A program made the translations under genes and the position numbers. From a bacterium (lineage in GTDB: Bacteria; Bacteroidota; Bacteroidia; Bacteroidales; Bacteroidaceae), in the NCBI GenBank assembly GCA_963627995.1, contig CAVGCV010000010.1, forward strand, positions 954 to 64,953: a stretch of DNA of 64,000 bases, written 5' to 3'. Below, in pieces: positions 30,976 to 39,986 of the stretch. The stretch's first letter is position 1. Each line of letters begins with the position of its first letter. The notes under the pieces were generated by a model. The model worked only from the letters and a program-made list of their open reading frames with translations, was not told the origin of the DNA and searched no databases.

Positions 30976-33906
30976 TTATTTTACAAGAATCTTGGCGATT
31001 TTCCCGCCAGCGCGCACAATGTAGATGCCGGGTTCCTGGGTGGCGTTTGCTGCCGCGCGAATGCCGTTGATGGTGTAGAGCTCGAAGTCCTTGTAGCCAT
31101 CGACATAGACAATGCGGTTGATGACCTCGACATTGAGCGGATTCTCGCTTGTGAAGACTTGCGGCTTGTCGATGCCGACGGGCGCGTAGTCGGGCGTTTG
31201 GTGGACAACCACCCAGCCCAGCGTGTCGGCCGTTTGCAAGGTCTCTGTAATGCTTGCCTCGCCACTCTCGTCCAGAATGCGGCGGACGCGGAAGCCCGTG
31301 GTGCGTCCTTCGAGCTGTCCGTCTTCATTGAGGATGCTGGCCTTGATGGTCGTCGTCTTGCGCAGGGTGGTAGGTACGTCGATGTTCGCTGTCTGGAACT
31401 CCCCGAAGATGTAGGGGTCCACCAGCTTCAGCGTGTCGCTCGTCTCCGCATCCTTGCCAACGGTGAAGTAGGCAGCTTTTGCAATCCTGTACACGGGGTT
31501 GCCGCCGAAGCCTGCGGCGATATGGATGTTCTGGCTTCCGTCCACGCAGGCATGTCCCGGGGTGACGGCCATGTAGGCAACGGTCTGGTTGGCGACCACC
31601 CGGCTGTTGCTTCCCAGCTCATACTTCACGGTGCATCGGAAGCCCGTGTTCGTCACGTCCCACACCTTGTGCGTGATGGCGCGGGAGGAGATGGGGGCAT
31701 TGTTCACCGTGGCGATGACAACGGGCGTGACGCCATCGGGGAAAGGATGCTCGAACTTCACCTCCGTCGTGTCCTTCAGGGCTATCGACCCGACCTCGAC
31801 ATCCATGTCCCCGTACGTGTAGTGGCCGTAGGGCATCGTCATGTAGGGGATGGTTTCCATCGCCTCGTAGCTCTCGGTCGCATCGGGCTGGTACGCCCAT
31901 GTCTTGCCGAGGTAGTTGAAGTACTTGGTGGTGATGTTGGCGTATTTCAGCATGGGGGTGGTGGTCGTCGTTGCGTTGTTGCTGGAAATCAGTCCCATGA
32001 ACACGGCGGGCTTCCCCTTGTCCACTTCCTTCCCGCTTTCGTCGACGTAGGTGTAGGGGTGGGTGAAGTCCACCCTGACGGACTGCGACGCGTCGGTCAG
32101 CGTGATGGCTCCGAACTGGAGGTCGCTGTTGCCTTTCGACTGCCCGATCGACACATAGGCCTCGCCCGAATAGCGCTGGCGGCCGTCGGAGTCGAACGTG
32201 TGGATGCGGTAGGTGACAAGGCCCGACACGTCGGTCAGCGTGTCGGCGTTGAACGTCTGCTCGCTGGACGACGCAAGCCCTTTCTTGCCGATGACCGTCC
32301 AGTCGGCCTCGCCCTCGACCTTGCGCTCCACGTAGGTGGAGTCGGTCTGCTTGCCGTTTTGGTTCGTCCATTGCAGGATGGCGCGGCGCGTCTTGTCGGT
32401 GTAGAGGACTTTCAGGTCGGTCGGGCCTTTGTGCCGCCAGCTCATGAAGTACTCGTTCTGCTCGCTGTAGGCGAATCCCGACTTGAAGTCGGCGTACAGC
32501 TTCCCTCCGTCGGTCAGGCTGCCGTTGGTCACGACCTCGCGCTTGGCCTGTACGGCGTTGTAGACGGCCAGACGCTCCAGCCACGGCTCGCTGTCGGCGC
32601 GGCGCAGCACGTCGGTCAGCCATGTGCCGTTCTTCTGGGAGTCGTTGCCGCTCCCCCACGAGTACCAGCCCGCGTCGGTGCTGAAGCCGCTCTCGCTCGT
32701 CCAGTTGGCGCCGTTGTTCCATTCTGTCGCCCACACGGGAAGCCCCGTGGCCGTGTACAGCGCCTTGAGGCGGCTGATGCAGCCGGCCGGGCTTTGACCG
32801 CCGATATAGAAGTGGGTGGCCACGAAGTCGACGCGGATGTTGTTCTCGCGACACCAGTTCACGTACTCCGTCACCCATCCCGTGCTGGGGTTGCAGCAGG
32901 CGAACGTGCCGATGCGCATGCCGCTGTACAGGAACTCGGCGGCGTGGTCGGTGAGGGTGGAGGTGGCGCAGTTCGTGCGCGGGTTGTCGGGAATCTTGCT
33001 GACGTAGGTGTAGACCTCGCCCGCGCCGCTCGTGTTGTCGGGCTCGTTCTGCCCCAGGATGTGCGTGCAGGTGGCGTCGGCGGCGTTGATGGTCCCCCAG
33101 CTCGACCACGCGCCTTTCCAGCCTTGGCTGTTGCTGTTGCCCGCCTCGTGGTGGCGCTGTGGGACATACTCGTAGTCCGTGCCCGAGCTCGAGCCCGCGC
33201 CCCAGTTGTAGTGCCACGAGGCGTTGAGCTTGTCGGGGGCTACGTCGCACGAGCCCTTCTTGGCCGGCCACTGCCAGCGGAAGATGCGGAAGAATCCCAC
33301 TTTGCTCGCCAGCTCCTTGCGCAGCTGTACCTCGATGTCCTTGGAGTTGGCGATGTAGCAGTGGCTGTAGCCCGTTCCGTCGCTCATGTTGGCGACGGTG
33401 AGCATGTAGCCGCGCTTCAGCTTGAACGAGCGCATGGCGTCCACCCACGGCCCGGCTGTCTGCCGGCTTCCGCCGTTGTACTGGTAGCTGTCGCCCGTGA
33501 AGTTGTCGCCCAGGTACACGGTCAGCGGGTAGAAGTCCGTGCCGTCGGCGTTCTTCGTGTCGCTGTGGGGCAGCACGATGGAGCCGTGGCGGTAGATGCT
33601 GACGCGGCAGTTGGTGTTGTTGGTCAGCGTGCTGCCGTTCGAGGTGACATAGCGGAGGTATTTGCTGATGACCTCCGACGGCTTGATGTTTTGGAAGATG
33701 ACGGCGGCGTCGGCGTTGGCGATGTCGATGCTGCCCGCCGTGGCGAATGGCGTGGTGCCCGTGACGGTGTAGTCCACGGCCTCGTCGAGCGTCACGGCGC
33801 TGGTGACTTGCGCCACCGTCCTCACGGGGTTCTGAGCCCATGCATTGGGCACGTTGGCTGCCAAGGGCAGGACGGACGCGCAGATGATGGCTGTTAGCTT
33901 GTTCAT
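30976..33906 (-). CDS. Secreted multidomain glycoside hydrolase: clan GH-A 'glycosyl hydrolase catalytic core' (GH128-like), Fn3-like, three lectin-like beta-sandwich modules, and a T9SS C-terminal sorting domain
   Basis: 976 aa with a signal peptide. Catalytic-core motifs ASWHYNWG, ILGQNEPD, VDFVATHFY, VWATEWN. One module FEHPFPDGVTPVVIATVNNAPISSRAITHKVWDVTNTGFRCTVKYE resembles an H-type lectin. Tail ...FELYTINGIRAAANATQEPGIYIVRAGGKIAKILVK is a typical Por/T9SS CTD. Confidence 0.75.
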   Translation of the reverse strand: MNKLTAIICASVLPLAANVPNAWAQNPVRTVAQVTSAVTLDEAVDYTVTGTTPFATAGSIDIANADAAVIFQNIKPSEVISKYLRYVTSNGSTLTNNTNCRVSIYRHGSIVLPHSDTKNADGTDFYPLTVYLGDNFTGDSYQYNGGSRQTAGPWVDAMRSFKLKRGYMLTVANMSDGTGYSHCYIANSKDIEVQLRKELASKVGFFRIFRWQWPAKKGSCDVAPDKLNASWHYNWGAGSSSGTDYEYVPQRHHEAGNSNSQGWKGAWSSWGTINAADATCTHILGQNEPDNTSGAGEVYTYVSKIPDNPRTNCATSTLTDHAAEFLYSGMRIGTFACCNPSTGWVTEYVNWCRENNIRVDFVATHFYIGGQSPAGCISRLKALYTATGLPVWATEWNNGANWTSESGFSTDAGWYSWGSGNDSQKNGTWLTDVLRRADSEPWLERLAVYNAVQAKREVVTNGSLTDGGKLYADFKSGFAYSEQNEYFMSWRHKGPTDLKVLYTDKTRRAILQWTNQNGKQTDSTYVERKVEGEADWTVIGKKGLASSSEQTFNADTLTDVSGLVTYRIHTFDSDGRQRYSGEAYVSIGQSKGNSDLQFGAITLTDASQSVRVDFTHPYTYVDESGKEVDKGKPAVFMGLISSNNATTTTTPMLKYANITTKYFNYLGKTWAYQPDATESYEAMETIPYMTMPYGHYTYGDMDVEVGSIALKDTTEVKFEHPFPDGVTPVVIATVNNAPISSRAITHKVWDVTNTGFRCTVKYELGSNSRVVANQTVAYMAVTPGHACVDGSQNIHIAAGFGGNPVYRIAKAAYFTVGKDAETSDTLKLVDPYIFGEFQTANIDVPTTLRKTTTIKASILNEDGQLEGRTTGFRVRRILDESGEASITETLQTADTLGWVVVHQTPDYAPVGIDKPQVFTSENPLNVEVINRIVYVDGYKDFELYTINGIRAAANATQEPGIYIVRAGGKIAKILVK

Positions 33907-34006
33907 GTTAGTCGTTAGGTTTTATGTGACTGCTGTTATGTATATAAATATGGTGTCAGGCAGGCGCCGGCCAGGGGAAAGCCGGGAACGCGGCGGTTTT
34001 CCGCTG

Positions 34007-34014
34007 CAAAAATA
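34007..34014 (-). promoter_or_regulatory. -7 promoter box TATTTTTG for the 976-aa hydrolase gene
   Basis: + strand caaaaata, reverse complement TATTTTTG, about 100 bp upstream of the ATG at 33906. Confidence 0.45.
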
Positions 34015-34126
34015 CGGTTTTTCTACGCGTTTTGACACCGTTTCCCCTTTAAAAAACCAATATTCACGTATTGTGGCCCATGTTTTAACAAATGGAGGCG
34101 TACGGCGCACGGAATCAGCGCGTTAT

Positions 34127-34234
34127 AAAACACTGCGGAGCGGCTGGAAAATGTCCGCAGAGCGGAGACCCGCGCTCCGCAGAGAAAATGTTTTTCCTCT
34201 GCGGACGAAAAATATTTTCTCTGCGGAGATTTTC
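34127..34234 (+). repeat. Copy 3 of the five-module CTGCGGAG element (F-R-R-F-F)
   Basis: AAAACACTGCGGAG (34127-34140). Cores at 34132, 34154, 34176, 34198 and 34220, all 22 bp apart. Confidence 0.9.
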
Positions 34235-34392
34235 AGTGGATTCTGAACATCTGGAAATCAGTGTGTTGCGTATTCGGTGAAAATGCGGCCTTGTCTTCGC
34301 CCCTCTTTTTTGGAGGGTGCGGGCTGCGGGAGGCTGGGGATGCCGGCATTTGAAAAACGGGGGGAAAACATTGGCATCTCGAAAAACTTTCC

Positions 34393-34400
34393 TAAATTTG
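34393..34400 (+). promoter_or_regulatory. -7 promoter box TAAATTTG for the lpxD operon
   Basis: Exact TAnnTTTG match 87 bp upstream of the lpxD ATG. Confidence 0.45.
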
Positions 34401-34486
34401 CGGCTTAATGGTAGTGGCAAACACTTCATTCCGAAACAGATAAATCCTTGCTACTGATAGAAACATAACACTTTACTGAAAAGCGA

Positions 34487-35527
34487 ATGACAATTACTGC
34501 CGAGCAAATCGCAGTCTATGCGGGCGGAACCATCGAGGGCGACAAGAATGCCATCGTGACGAGTTTCGCCAAAATAGAGGAGGGGGTGAAAGGCGCGATT
34601 TCCTTTCTCGCCAATCCCAAATACGAACATTACCTTTATCGGACGAAGTCGAGCGTGGTGCTCGTCAATCGCGACTTCGTGCCGCAGCAGCCCGTCCGGG
34701 CCACGCTGATTCGCGTGGACAACGCCTACGAGGCCGTGGGGCGGCTGCTGGCGCTGTACGAGTCGATGAAGGCGAAGAAGACGGGCGTGAGCGAGCATGC
34801 CTACATCGCGCCGTCGGCGCAGTTGGGCGAGGACTGCTACGTGGGCCCGTTCGCCTACATCGGCGAGAACGTGAAGATAGGGCGCGGAACGGCGGTCTAT
34901 CCCCATGCCGTGGTGTGTGAGAACGCGGAGGTCGGCGAGGACTGCGTGGTGTATCCTCATGCCACGATTTACCACGACTGCAAGGTCGGCTCGCGCGTCA
35001 TCCTCCACGCGGGCGCGGTCATCGGCGCGGACGGCTTCGGCTTCGCCCCGACGGCCGCGGGCTACGAGAAGATACCCCAGATTGGCATCGTGACGGTTGA
35101 GGACGACGTGGAAATCGGCGCCAACACGTGCGTGGACCGCTCCACGATGGGCTCCACGTACGTCCGCCGCGGCGTGAAGCTCGACAACCTTGTCCAGATT
35201 GCGCACAATGTGGAGATAGGGGCCAACACGGTCATCTCCTCGCAGACGGGCGTCGCCGGCAGCGCGAAGGTGGGGGAGTGGTGCATGTTCGGCGGCCAAG
35301 TGGGCATTGCCGGGCACATCGAGATAGGCTCCCGCACGAACCTCGGCGCAAAAGCCGGGCTGGCCGGCGGAAACACCGCGCGCAAGGGCGGCGTCACGCT
35401 GATGGGCTATCCAGCGGTGGAGCACAAGACATGGGCGAAGCAGTCGGTGGCCCTGAAGTTCCTGCCCGACATGATGAAGGAGCTGGAGCTGCTGCGCCGG
35501 GAAGTTGAAGAACTAAAAAAGAAATAG
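34487..35527 (+). CDS. lpxD: UDP-3-O-acylglucosamine N-acyltransferase
   Basis: 346 aa. N-terminal LpxD domain followed by left-handed beta-helix hexapeptide repeats ([30 protein letters not shown]). Confidence 0.95.
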   Translation: MTITAEQIAVYAGGTIEGDKNAIVTSFAKIEEGVKGAISFLANPKYEHYLYRTKSSVVLVNRDFVPQQPVRATLIRVDNAYEAVGRLLALYESMKAKKTGVSEHAYIAPSAQLGEDCYVGPFAYIGENVKIGRGTAVYPHAVVCENAEVGEDCVVYPHATIYHDCKVGSRVILHAGAVIGADGFGFAPTAAGYEKIPQIGIVTVEDDVEIGANTCVDRSTMGSTYVRRGVKLDNLVQIAHNVEIGANTVISSQTGVAGSAKVGEWCMFGGQVGIAGHIEIGSRTNLGAKAGLAGGNTARKGGVTLMGYPAVEHKTWAKQSVALKFLPDMMKELELLRREVEELKKK

Positions 35528-35529
35528 AC

Positions 35530-36912
35530 ATGCAAAAGCAACTTACGCTGAAAGAGAGTTTCACGGTCCGGGGAAAGGGCCTGCATACGGGGCAGTTCAT
35601 CACGGCCACGTTCCAGCCCGCAGCCGAGGACCACGGCTACAAGATTCAGCGTATCGATATGGAGGGGCAGCCCGTCATCGACTGCCTCGCGGAGAACGTG
35701 GGCGACACCCAGCGCGGAACGGTGCTCGTGAAGGGCGACGTCAAGGTGAGCACGGTGGAGCACGCCATGGCGGCGCTCTACGCCTCGGGCATCGACAACT
35801 GCCTCATCCAGCTCGACGGGCCGGAAATGCCGATTCTCGACGGGTCGGCACTGGTCTTCATCCAGGAAATCCAGCGCGTGGGGCTCGTGGCGCAGAATGC
35901 GAACAAGGACTTCTATGTGGTGAAGCGCAAGATGGAGGTGAAGGGCGAGAAGGGGGAGCACCTGATTTTCGTGCCGGACGACGAGTTCTGCGTCAATGCG
36001 ATGATTGCGTTCGACTCGCGCATCCTTGCCAGCCAGTTCGCCTCGCTCGACCACATGCGGGACTTCCCTGCGGAAATCGCCTCGGCGCGCACTTTCGTGT
36101 TCGTGCGCGAGATAGAGCCGCTCCTGCAGCTCGGCCTCATCAAGGGCGGCGACCTTGACAACGCGATTGTCATCTATGAAAACGAGCTTTCGCAGGAGCG
36201 CTACGATGCGCTGGCCGACCAGATAGGCATACCCCACAAGGACGCATCCCAGCTGGGCTACCTCAACAACAAGCCGCTGACTTGGCCCAACGAGACGGCG
36301 CGCCACAAACTGCTGGACATCATCGGCGACCTCGCCTTGATTGGGAAGCCGGTGCGCGGGCGCGTGATAGCCACCAAGCCGGGGCACACCATCAACAATA
36401 AGTTCGCGCGCGAAATCCGCCGCGACATCCGCAAGCACGAGGTGCAGTGCCCGGACTACGACCCGAACCAGCAGCCCGTCATGGACGTGAACCGCATCCG
36501 CGAGCTCCTGCCGCACCGCTACCCGATGCAGCTGGTGGACAAAATCGTGGCGATTGATGAAAACTATATCGTCGGAGTGAAGAACGTCACGTCCAACGAA
36601 CCGTTCTTCACGGGCCACTTCCCCCAGGAGCCCGTGATGCCGGGCGTGCTGCTGGTGGAGGCCATGGCGCAGGCGGGCGGGCTGCTCGTCCTCAACACGC
36701 TGGAGGAGCCAGAGCGCTGGAGTACGTACTTCATGAAAATCGACAACGTGAAGTTCCGTCGCAAGGTCGTTCCGGGCGACACGCTGATTTTCAAAGTGAA
36801 GCTGCTGGATGCCGTCCGTCGCGGCATCTCGTCCATGCGGGGGCTCATCTTTGTCGGCGACACGCTTGTGGCGGAGGCCGAGTTCACGGCGCAAATCATC
36901 AAGAACAAATAA
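35530..36912 (+). CDS. lpxC/fabZ: Bifunctional UDP-3-O-acyl-GlcNAc deacetylase / 3-hydroxyacyl-ACP dehydratase (LpxC-FabZ fusion)
   Basis: 460 aa. LpxC motifs (VSTVEHAMAALYASGIDN, PILDGSA, HKLLDIIGDL) followed by FabZ motifs (LPHRYPMQLVDKI, FTGHFPQEPVMPGVLLVEAMAQ). This fusion is typical of Bacteroidota. Confidence 0.97.
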   Translation: MQKQLTLKESFTVRGKGLHTGQFITATFQPAAEDHGYKIQRIDMEGQPVIDCLAENVGDTQRGTVLVKGDVKVSTVEHAMAALYASGIDNCLIQLDGPEMPILDGSALVFIQEIQRVGLVAQNANKDFYVVKRKMEVKGEKGEHLIFVPDDEFCVNAMIAFDSRILASQFASLDHMRDFPAEIASARTFVFVREIEPLLQLGLIKGGDLDNAIVIYENELSQERYDALADQIGIPHKDASQLGYLNNKPLTWPNETARHKLLDIIGDLALIGKPVRGRVIATKPGHTINNKFAREIRRDIRKHEVQCPDYDPNQQPVMDVNRIRELLPHRYPMQLVDKIVAIDENYIVGVKNVTSNEPFFTGHFPQEPVMPGVLLVEAMAQAGGLLVLNTLEEPERWSTYFMKIDNVKFRRKVVPGDTLIFKVKLLDAVRRGISSMRGLIFVGDTLVAEAEFTAQIIKNK

Positions 36913-36927
36913 GAATACAGACACAGT

Positions 36928-37701
36928 ATGGCGAAGATAAGTCCGTTGGCTTTCATTGACCCGGAGGCTCGAATTGGAGATAACTGCGAGATCGGGCCGT
37001 TCTGCTTCATTGACAAGAATGTGGTGGTGGGCGACAACAACACGTTGATGAACAGCGTCACCCTCCTTGACGGAACGCGCCTCGGCAACGGCAACGTCCT
37101 GTTCCCCGGGGCGGTCATCGGGGCAATCCCGCAGGACTTGAAGTTCCATGGCGAGGAGACGACGGCGGAGATAGGCGACAACAACAAGATTCGCGAGAAT
37201 GTCACGATACACCGCGGGACAGCCTCGAGGGGCAAGACCGTGGTGGGCAGCGGCAATCTGATCATGGAGAATGCCCACATCGCGCACGACTGCGTGGTGG
37301 GCAGTGGCGTCATCATGGGCAATTCCACGAAGCTGGCGGGCGAGGTCGTGATTGACGACTACGCCATCATCAGCGCCGTCGTGCTCATCCACCAGTTCTG
37401 CCGGATTGGCGGCTATACGATGGTGCAGGGCGGAAGCCGCACCAGCAAGGACATCCCTCCGTTCATCATTGGCGGAAAGGAGCCGATAGCCTTTGCCGGA
37501 CTGAACATCGTGGGGCTGCGCCGCCGCCAGTTCCCGCGCGACATCATTGAGAACATCCACGACGCCTACCGCCTGATTTATAACAGCAACCTGACGGTGC
37601 AGGAGGCGATAGAGCAAATCAAGTTCGGCATCCCGATGGGCAAGGAGGTGCAGTACATCGTTGATTTCGTAAGTAACTCGCAGCGGGGCATCATCCGCTA
37701 A
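36928..37701 (+). CDS. lpxA: Acyl-ACP--UDP-GlcNAc O-acyltransferase
   Basis: 257 aa. Hexapeptide-repeat protein with an LpxA C-terminal domain (GLNIVGLRRRQF...I..AYRLIY). Confidence 0.95.
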   Translation: MAKISPLAFIDPEARIGDNCEIGPFCFIDKNVVVGDNNTLMNSVTLLDGTRLGNGNVLFPGAVIGAIPQDLKFHGEETTAEIGDNNKIRENVTIHRGTASRGKTVVGSGNLIMENAHIAHDCVVGSGVIMGNSTKLAGEVVIDDYAIISAVVLIHQFCRIGGYTMVQGGSRTSKDIPPFIIGGKEPIAFAGLNIVGLRRRQFPRDIIENIHDAYRLIYNSNLTVQEAIEQIKFGIPMGKEVQYIVDFVSNSQRGIIR

Positions 37702-37715
37702 ATCGCAGCAGGGCC

Positions 37716-38267
37716 ATGGTTTTTCGTTTTATCCTGATTTCAAATGAAGTGGAAGACTTCATGCGCGAAATCCAAATCGACGCGGATGCCACTTTCCTCG
37801 ATTTCCACAGGACGATTGTCGCGACGTGCGGCTACTCCGACGACCAGATAACGTCGTTTACCGTCTGTGAGAACGGATGGGAAAAAGTGCAGGAAATCAC
37901 ACTGGAGGACATGAGCACGGGCAGCGACGAGGATTCCTACGTGATGGCGACCACGCGGCTGAGCGACTTCCTGGATGAGGAGAAGCAGCACCTGCTTTAC
38001 ACGTTCGACCAGCTGGGCGAACGCGTGTTCTTCATCGAGCTTTCGGAAATCATCACGGGAAAGTCCCTGAAAGCCCCGAAGGTGACGCGCCAGCAGGGCA
38101 ATCCGCCCCCGCAGGCGCTCGACTTCGACGAACTGTTCGCCCGGAATCCTGTCGCGCAGGGCGCGTCGGAGGCGTTCGAGGCGGACGAGGACATGTTCGG
38201 CGACGGCATCAGCGAGGAGGACATCGACCTTGAGGGTCTGGACGTGAGCGATGGAGAGCCCTTCTAA
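37716..38267 (+). CDS. Small acidic protein resembling the pRiA4b ORF-3-like (PRiA4_ORF3) family; function unknown
   Basis: 183 aa. MVFRFILISNEVEDFMREIQIDADATFLDFHRTIVATCGY... fits my memory of this family. Acidic C-terminal tail. The 3' end overlaps the miaA start by 17 nt. Confidence 0.6.
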   Translation: MVFRFILISNEVEDFMREIQIDADATFLDFHRTIVATCGYSDDQITSFTVCENGWEKVQEITLEDMSTGSDEDSYVMATTRLSDFLDEEKQHLLYTFDQLGERVFFIELSEIITGKSLKAPKVTRQQGNPPPQALDFDELFARNPVAQGASEAFEADEDMFGDGISEEDIDLEGLDVSDGEPF

Positions 38268-39177
38268 GCTGCTCCTTGTTCTTCTCGGCCCTACGGCAGT
38301 GGGCAAGACGGAGCTTAGCCTGCGATTGGCCAAGCTCTTGTCTTGTCCCGTCATCTCGGCCGACTCGCGCCAAATCTACGACACCATCCGCATCGGGACG
38401 GCCACGCCAACAGCCGAACAGCTGGCGCAGGCACAACATTTCTTTGTCGGCAAACTCCACCTCGACCAGTATTACAGTGCCGCCCAGTACGAGCGCGAAG
38501 TCCTGCAGCTGCTTGACCAGCACTTCCGGCACAACGACACAGCCCTTCTTGCGGGCGGAAGCATGATGTACATCGACGCTGTCTGCAAGGGCATCGACGA
38601 CATCCCGACCATCCATGACGACACCCGGGCGTTCCTCCGCCGGAAGCTGGACGAGCAGGGGCCGGACGCCCTGCTCGCCGAATTGCGGCTGCTCGACCCC
38701 GACTACTATGCGATTGCCGACCTCAAAAACACACGGCGGATTGTGCACGCGCTGGAGGTGTACTATCAGACGGGAAAAAGCTACACGGCGTTCCGAACGC
38801 GGTCGCAAAAGCCGCGTCCTTTCCGCGTCTTGAAAGTGGGGCTGACCCGCCACAGGGAGAGCCTGTTCTCGCGAATCAACCAGCGGGTGGAAGCCATGAT
38901 GCGGGAGGGACTGCTGGAGGAAGCGCGCTCGGTTTATCCCCTTCGCCACCTCAACTCGCTGAACACCGTTGGCTATAAGGAACTGTTCCGTGTGCTTGCC
39001 GGGGAGTGGGAGCTGCCCATGGCCGTGGAGCGAATCAAGAAGAACACCCGCGTGTACGCCAAGAAGCAGCTGACATGGTTCAGGCGCGATGACGGCATCC
39101 ATTGGCTGAACCTCGACGAATGTTCCACGGATGACGCGCTTGGCCGCATCGCCGCGCTCATGCGGGAGGGAAAATGA
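38251..39177 (+). CDS. miaA: tRNA dimethylallyltransferase
   Basis: 308 aa. P-loop LLGPTAVGKT, SADSRQIY, IGTATP, and a typical MiaA C-terminal region. Confidence 0.95.
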   Translation: MESPSKLLLVLLGPTAVGKTELSLRLAKLLSCPVISADSRQIYDTIRIGTATPTAEQLAQAQHFFVGKLHLDQYYSAAQYEREVLQLLDQHFRHNDTALLAGGSMMYIDAVCKGIDDIPTIHDDTRAFLRRKLDEQGPDALLAELRLLDPDYYAIADLKNTRRIVHALEVYYQTGKSYTAFRTRSQKPRPFRVLKVGLTRHRESLFSRINQRVEAMMREGLLEEARSVYPLRHLNSLNTVGYKELFRVLAGEWELPMAVERIKKNTRVYAKKQLTWFRRDDGIHWLNLDECSTDDALGRIAALMREGK

Positions 39178-39230
39178 AGACCCGAGCTTCCTTTTTTCCG
39201 CAGAACTTTGGCGGACGGCGCGAATAAACG

Positions 39231-39238
39231 TAACTTTG
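39231..39238 (+). promoter_or_regulatory. -7 promoter box TAACTTTG for tRNA-Arg
   Basis: Exact TAnnTTTG match 34 bp upstream of the mature tRNA 5' end. Confidence 0.5.
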
Positions 39239-39271
39239 CACGCAGAAAAACAAAGAAAACTTGTTTGACGA

Positions 39272-39348
39272 GGCTCGTTAGCTCAACTGAATAGAGCATC
39301 TGACTACGGATCAGAAGGTTATAGGTTTGAATCCTATACGAGTCACCA
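39272..39348 (+). tRNA. tRNA-Arg (anticodon ACG), CCA encoded
   Basis: Hand-folded cloverleaf: acceptor GGCTCGT/ACGAGTC (one G-U pair), D stem GCTC/GAGC, anticodon stem TCTGA/TCAGA with loop CTACGGA, T stem ATAGG/CCTAT with loop TTTGAAT, discriminator A, then CCA. 77 nt. Confidence 0.92.
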
Positions 39349-39351
39349 TCG

Positions 39352-39398
39352 AAGTGAAAGGCCCGCCCGCCCGAGGTCGGCTTTTCACTTTTCTTTTT
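39352..39398 (+). terminator. Terminator hairpin after tRNA-Arg
   Basis: AAGTGAAAGGCC / GGCTTTTCACTT stem (one G-U pair) followed by TTCTTTTT. Confidence 0.55.
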
Positions 39399-39414
39399 AT
39401 CAAAACCAACAGCG

Positions 39415-39891
39415 ATGGCAGAAACTTTGCAGATTGCGCAGGGGACAAAGGCGCAGAAATACGACTGCTTGTACCCGCAGGTGGCGGCGGTTGTTGCCGG
39501 CGAGGACGACATGACGGCCAACATGGCCAATGTCGCGGCGATGATTCACGAAACGTTCCGTTTCCTGTGGACGGGATTCTACCGCGTTGCGGACGACGAG
39601 ACGCTGGTGCTTGGCCCGTTCCAGGGGCCGCTGGCATGCACGCGCATCCGGAAGGGGCGCGGCGTGTGTGGGGCGGCGTGGGCGAGCGGAACCGCCCAGG
39701 TCGTGGCGGATGTGGATGCTTTCCCGGGGCACATTGCGTGCAGCAGCTTGTCGAAGAGCGAGATTGTCGTTCCTGTTCGGAATGCCGCCGGGAAGGTCGT
39801 GGCGGTGCTCGACATCGACTCCGCCGAACCGGCTGCGTTCGACGAAGTCGATAGGGCCGGATTGGAGCGTATCGTGGCTTTGCTTCGATAG
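39415..39891 (+). CDS. GAF-domain protein (free methionine-(R)-sulfoxide reductase / YebR-like)
   Basis: 158 aa. WTGFYRV..., LVLGPFQGPLACTRIRKGRGVCGAAW, FPGHIACSSLSKSEIVVPV and VLDIDS are characteristic of the fRMsr GAF family. Confidence 0.85.
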   Translation: MAETLQIAQGTKAQKYDCLYPQVAAVVAGEDDMTANMANVAAMIHETFRFLWTGFYRVADDETLVLGPFQGPLACTRIRKGRGVCGAAWASGTAQVVADVDAFPGHIACSSLSKSEIVVPVRNAAGKVVAVLDIDSAEPAAFDEVDRAGLERIVALLR

Positions 39892-39910
39892 TCCTCCATC
39901 CGCCAGAAGG

Positions 39911-39960
39911 AAACCGCCCCATGCACGCCGGTCCCTGTACGGCGTGCATGGGGCGGTTTT
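39911..39960. terminator. Strong bidirectional terminator hairpin between convergent genes
   Basis: Perfect 19-bp stem AAACCGCCCCATGCACGCC / GGCGTGCATGGGGCGGTTT with an 11-nt loop, flanked by A3 and T4. Confidence 0.8.
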
Positions 39961-39986
39961 CCGTTAAGCCCTTTCCGCCCTCCGAA

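Noticed and set aside
31159-33897. 912-aa + strand ORF and 740-aa - strand off-frame ORF (31619..33841) over the 976-aa hydrolase gene
   Set aside because: Gly/Arg/Val/Ala-rich shadows. Only the 30976..33906 frame has a signal peptide, catalytic motifs and a T9SS tail.
35407-37617. 736-aa - strand ORF antisense to lpxC/fabZ and lpxA
   Set aside because: It spans two well-recognised essential genes on the other strand. The translation has no motifs.
39192-39216. Single-core look-alikes of the repeat (TTTTTTCCGCAGAACTTTGGCGGAC at 39192-39216; CGCGGATTCCGCGCTCCGCC at 30676-30694)
   Set aside because: They might be decayed modules, but one or two 7-9-mers without the 22-bp array cannot be distinguished from chance by eye.
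39178-39414. Looked for an integrase, genomic-island junction or attachment-site repeat next to tRNA-Arg and next to the tRNA-Pro/tRNA-Val pair
   Set aside because: I found no integrase or transposase-like ORF and no direct repeat of a tRNA 3' end within the window. The flanks are ordinary housekeeping genes.
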